From assembly GCA_902616075.1 (NCBI GenBank), contig CACMRK010000004.1, positions 22,346 to 86,345 of the forward strand: a stretch of 64,000 nucleotides of DNA, in the 5' to 3' direction. Shown in pieces: positions 60,144 to 64,000 of the stretch; the first letter of the stretch is position 1; every line of letters starts with the position of its first letter. The translations under genes and the position numbers were made by a program. This DNA is from an uncultured Alphaproteobacteria bacterium. Its GTDB lineage: Bacteria; Pseudomonadota; Alphaproteobacteria; HIMB59; GCA-002718135. The notes under the pieces were generated by a model that had not been told where the DNA came from, searched no databases, and saw only the letters and a program-made list of their open reading frames with translations.

Positions 60144-61781
60144 TTAATTTTTTAATATCAAATCTGATGCTTTTTCTGCTAACATAATTACAGATGCATT
60201 TATATTTCCACTTATCATATCTGGAAAAGAAGAAGCATCTACTACTCTCAGATTGTCTATTCCTCTAACTTTAAGCTGATTATCAAGTACAGCCATTTTG
60301 TTATTACTTGAACCCATTGCGCAAGTAGATGCAGGATGATGACCTGTTTGTACATGATTTCTAACTGACTCTTTTAAATCTTGGTCACTTTTGATTTTTT
60401 TTCCTGGAAGTAATTCTTCCGAAACAATTTTAGCTAAACTGGGTTTTGACAATACTTCTCTTGTATGCTTCATCCCTTCTATCATATCTTCCATATCAGA
60501 TGGATCGATGAACCAATTTGGATTTATATTAAGTTCATCATTTGGATTTGAGCTTTTAAGTTTTACACTTCCTGTGCTCTTTGGTCTTAGTAAATTAATT
60601 TGAAAGTGTAATCCTGGAAAAGCTTTTTTACCTCTAGAAAAAAATAATGAACCAAAATTTAATAAATTGTCTAAACTCATAGACCAATTATCTTTTTCTT
60701 CTTTAAAACACATAGGTGTCATGAATACTTGTATTTCAGGCATATCTTTTTCTCTTATTGCATGAAATAGATTTGTTGACCAAAAAGGAGCTGCGGCTAA
60801 TCCCTGTTTAAATAAAATATATTTTAATCCCACAATAATAGCTCTATCGATCCTTTGATATTTAGAGAAACTTAAATTGTTATTTTGAAAAGCCCAATTC
60901 ATTGGCATAACAGGATGATCGTGAAGGTTTTCACCTACTCCAGGTAATTTAATTAATAATTCTATATTTTTTTCTTTTAAATGTGACTCTGGACCAATTC
61001 CTGACAACATTAAGCATTTGGGACTACCGAATGCCCCTAAAGATAATATTACCTCTGATGATGCATAAACTTCACCATTTGATAAAAGCAATCCTTTAGC
61101 TTTATTTTTCTCAATTAAAATTTTTATTACAGATGTATTTTTATAAATTGTTAAGTTGTTAGGTTTAAATTTCAAATAAGCTTCTGCAGATGATTGTCTT
61201 TTTCCATTCCATACTTTAACATCATATCGGCCTACTCCATTTAGATTGCCATTATAAAAATCATCATTAATTTCTGCCCCAGCCTCAACACATGCATCAA
61301 TAAATGCTTTATCGATAGAATTGTAGTTACCAGCTGGTGTAAGTTTTAAAGGACCTGAATGTGAGTGAAATTCATTTTTTTCTCTATGAAAAGCTGAAGC
61401 AGATCTTTTGAAATATGGTAATACATCATTATATGACCAACCCTCTAAGCCCTTTTGTCTCCACCTATTAAAATCACCTGGAGCACCTCTCATGTAAATC
61501 ATACCATTTAAAAGAGAAGATCCTCCTAGTCCTTTACCTCTAGGATATAAAATTTTTCTGTTATTTAAAGAAGGTTGAGGTATTGACTCAAAACCCCAAT
61601 CAAATTTAGGGTTTCCAAAAATGTATCCGTTACCACCAGGCATTTGAGTGAATAAACTTTTTCCTGACCCCCCTGCTTCTATTAGTAATACCTTTATATC
61701 TTTATTTTCAGATAATCTTGAGGCTAAAGTACAGCCAGCAGAACCTCCGCCTGCAATTATATAGTCAAATGTTTTTTTCAT
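60144..61781 (-). CDS. GMC oxidoreductase (second paralogue)
   Basis: GGGSAG, PRGKGLGGSS..NGM, VGENL.DH, HPAST..MG, GNINA...M.AEK. Confidence 0.88.
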   Translation of the reverse strand: MKKTFDYIIAGGGSAGCTLASRLSENKDIKVLLIEAGGSGKSLFTQMPGGNGYIFGNPKFDWGFESIPQPSLNNRKILYPRGKGLGGSSLLNGMIYMRGAPGDFNRWRQKGLEGWSYNDVLPYFKRSASAFHREKNEFHSHSGPLKLTPAGNYNSIDKAFIDACVEAGAEINDDFYNGNLNGVGRYDVKVWNGKRQSSAEAYLKFKPNNLTIYKNTSVIKILIEKNKAKGLLLSNGEVYASSEVILSLGAFGSPKCLMLSGIGPESHLKEKNIELLIKLPGVGENLHDHPVMPMNWAFQNNNLSFSKYQRIDRAIIVGLKYILFKQGLAAAPFWSTNLFHAIREKDMPEIQVFMTPMCFKEEKDNWSMSLDNLLNFGSLFFSRGKKAFPGLHFQINLLRPKSTGSVKLKSSNPNDELNINPNWFIDPSDMEDMIEGMKHTREVLSKPSLAKIVSEELLPGKKIKSDQDLKESVRNHVQTGHHPASTCAMGSSNNKMAVLDNQLKVRGIDNLRVVDASSFPDMISGNINASVIMLAEKASDLILKN

Positions 61782-61840
61782 TTTTAAAAATATAAATTAT
61801 ACTAATTATTAATTTATAAGTAAACTCGAGTATATTAAAT

Positions 61841-62659
61841 ATGAAAAATTACGAAGATTGGATTGGAAAGAAAATTTCAAGAAGTGAGATTATTACTCCT
61901 CGATTAGTTGATCATTTAAAAAAAACAATCGATCAAAAATGTTTAAGTGATCAAACTGTACCTGAGGGAATTTTTTTATGCTTATGCGCAGATGTAGCTT
62001 CGATAAATGATCTAGATAAAGATGGAAATACAAAATTAGGAATTTTCTTACCTGAGTTACCTTATAAAATTAGAATGTGGGCTGGTGGTAAAATAAAAAT
62101 ATTTGATGAATTTGAAATTGGATCTGAAATTAAAAAAAATTCAACAATTTCAAGTATTGAATTTAAAGAAGGTAGATCAGGCAAACTATGTTTTGTTAAT
62201 ATTAATAATGAATATTTAAATAAAAATAAATTAATAATATCAGAAATTCAAACTGCTGTTTATAGAGAAAAAATAAATAAAAACTCCATTACTCCTAAAA
62301 TAAAAGATGAACTAAAATTAATTGATAAAGTAGAAATTTTTAGTTCATCAACTTTGCTATTCAGATATTCTGCTTTAACTTTTAATGGACATAAGATTCA
62401 TTATGATAATGATTATACAAAAAATTATGAGGGCCATATGGGATTATTAGTCCATGCGCCTCTTCAAGCAACTTATCTTTTAAATCTTGCAAGAAAAAAT
62501 GAGATTGAGTTCAATTCTTTTGAATATAAAGCTACAGCTCCTCTTGTATATAACCATAATTTTTTTATAGAAATTGGTGAAAATCAAGATGATGAAATTA
62601 TTGGAAGGATTCTTAATGAAAAAAAAGAAATTACAATGATTGCAAAATATAAAAAATGA
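61841..62659 (+). CDS. Double hot-dog (MaoC-like) acyl-CoA hydratase, itaconyl-/mesaconyl-C4-CoA hydratase-like
   Basis: RMWAGG, K.GRSG.L.FV, LFRYSALTFNGH.IHYD, LVH.PL. Confidence 0.8.
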   Translation: MKNYEDWIGKKISRSEIITPRLVDHLKKTIDQKCLSDQTVPEGIFLCLCADVASINDLDKDGNTKLGIFLPELPYKIRMWAGGKIKIFDEFEIGSEIKKNSTISSIEFKEGRSGKLCFVNINNEYLNKNKLIISEIQTAVYREKINKNSITPKIKDELKLIDKVEIFSSSTLLFRYSALTFNGHKIHYDNDYTKNYEGHMGLLVHAPLQATYLLNLARKNEIEFNSFEYKATAPLVYNHNFFIEIGENQDDEIIGRILNEKKEITMIAKYKK

Positions 62660-63981
62660 GTTTTCATAAAAAATTTTGTAATTGGGCATCACAAAAAAAA
62701 ATTAATATCAATAAGGTAACTTATAAAAGAGCAGAAAATGCATTCATAGATACCCTAGCTTGTATATTATCAGGTGTTAAAGAAAAACAATCAAAGGTTG
62801 CTTTAAAATATTGTTTAGAAAATAATAATTCAGGAAAAATTATGGTTTTTGGAGGAGGAAAAAAATTATCTATTTCTGCAGCGTGTTTTTTACATGGTGT
62901 CAGATCAGCATCTATAGACTTTGATGATTACGAATACGTTGCAGGATCTCATCCTAGTGCGCCAATTTTTTCAGCCCTTATATCTATTGCTCAAATGAAA
63001 AACATCTCAATTGAGGAAATATATCAGGGGTGGTCAGTAGGATATGAATTAATAATAAAATTAGGACAAGCACTTAGCTATGATCATTATTATAAAGGAT
63101 GGCATTCAGCAAATACAATAGGCGTGATTGGAACTGCTGCAGCAGTATCTAAAGTGTTAAAATTAAATGCAGATCAAATGGCAAATGCAATTTCTATTGC
63201 AACAAGTTTTTCATCTGGATTAAAAGAGCAATTCGGCACAGATATAAAAGCTTTTCATATAGGGTTTGCTTCTCAAGCAGGGGTACAGTCAGCCTTACTT
63301 GCAAAAAATGGAGGGACAGCTAATCAAGATATTTGGAATATTGAGAGAGGATTTATTGAATTATATGGTAGTAAATTTTCTAAAAAATTAAATAATAATT
63401 TTAAAAGATCAGATTTAGGAAATGCAATAATTAAATTTCCAAATTTCATTAAGTTTTGGCCAGTTTGTAGTTATTCACAAAGAGTAATACAAGGAGGATT
63501 AATTTTAAATAAAAAAATTTTTATAAAAAAAAATATTAAATCTATTTCAATTGAGTTTCCAGAACCTTGGTCCAGAGTATCAAAATTTCATATACCTAAA
63601 AATTCCACTGAAGCTAGATTTTCATTGAGTTATTGTTTAGCAACTGCTCTCATTAATGGTAAATTTGATTTAAGTAGTTTAAATATTTCCAAAAATAAAA
63701 AAAGTTTAAATTTGGTTAAAAAAATTAAACTACTCAAGTACAAAGTGCCAAATAATTTTGAAGATTATGACCCTAAGTATCCTGACATAATTAAAGTAAT
63801 AATGAATGATGGAAGTATATTGATTGAAAAAATATCACATATTAAAGGAGGAAAAAATAACCCTTTAAAAGATGAAGATATTGATAATAAATTTTTAATG
63901 TGTGGAGGTAAAAAAAATATTTTAAATAAAATAAGAAATCAAAAATATAAGAAGAAAAATTTAAAAGAAATAATTTTTTAA
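62656..63981 (+). CDS. MmgE/PrpD family protein
   Basis: D.DD...HPS, GYE, GWH, K..H.G, FSL.Y; ATGA overlap with the upstream gene. Confidence 0.85.
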   Translation: MSFHKKFCNWASQKKININKVTYKRAENAFIDTLACILSGVKEKQSKVALKYCLENNNSGKIMVFGGGKKLSISAACFLHGVRSASIDFDDYEYVAGSHPSAPIFSALISIAQMKNISIEEIYQGWSVGYELIIKLGQALSYDHYYKGWHSANTIGVIGTAAAVSKVLKLNADQMANAISIATSFSSGLKEQFGTDIKAFHIGFASQAGVQSALLAKNGGTANQDIWNIERGFIELYGSKFSKKLNNNFKRSDLGNAIIKFPNFIKFWPVCSYSQRVIQGGLILNKKIFIKKNIKSISIEFPEPWSRVSKFHIPKNSTEARFSLSYCLATALINGKFDLSSLNISKNKKSLNLVKKIKLLKYKVPNNFEDYDPKYPDIIKVIMNDGSILIEKISHIKGGKNNPLKDEDIDNKFLMCGGKKNILNKIRNQKYKKKNLKEIIF

Positions 63982-64000
63982 TTTAGCTATTTTTTCTTTC

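Noticed and set aside
1717..62692. Many 60-130 aa antisense or alternative-frame ORFs in the track (e.g. 2026-2361, 12567-12950, 27071-27397, 43560-43892, 48939-49178, 50477-50749)
   Set aside because: They overlap well-supported genes and have no recognisable motifs; they are shadow ORFs
28564..64000. Catabolic half as a recently acquired mobile island
   Set aside because: No transposase, integrase or boundary repeats seen, and composition looks like the housekeeping half
1..64000. CRISPR arrays, rRNA genes, prophage or defence systems
   Set aside because: No repeat-spacer arrays or corresponding genes seen; nearly all bases are accounted for by the listed CDSs

Overview
Very AT-rich, densely packed chromosomal segment of a streamlined marine alphaproteobacterium. 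It resembles Pelagibacterales or HIMB59/AEGEAN-169, judged only from composition, gene order and protein style. Positions 1-28.5 kb are mostly housekeeping: guaA, rlmE, an RND efflux pair, icd, alaS, recA with two LexA boxes, dksA, moaA, NAD kinase, tRNA-Leu(TAA), map, purB, bolA/grxD, rpsD, trmJ, cimA, gltX, nadE, class II DAHP synthase, glmU, an orphan ParA and Sua5. Positions 28.5-64 kb form a continuous catabolic neighbourhood for dissolved organic N/S compounds. It contains agmatine/putrescine uptake and catabolism, a TmpB/PhnZ-like HD oxygenase beside carnitine catabolic genes, and a ScfR/RamB regulator facing an unannotated 59-aa ORF across mirrored operator repeats. It also contains a choline dehydrogenase, a family-5 ABC transporter, an operon with three methyl-transfer enzymes (including a deviant DmdA paralogue) plus a 2-hydroxy-acid oxidase, a ThDP enzyme and an atypical transthyretin-like protein, and an itaconyl-CoA hydratase-like/MmgE-PrpD pair. 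I saw no mobile elements, CRISPR arrays or rRNA. All functional calls come from motif recognition, without database searches.
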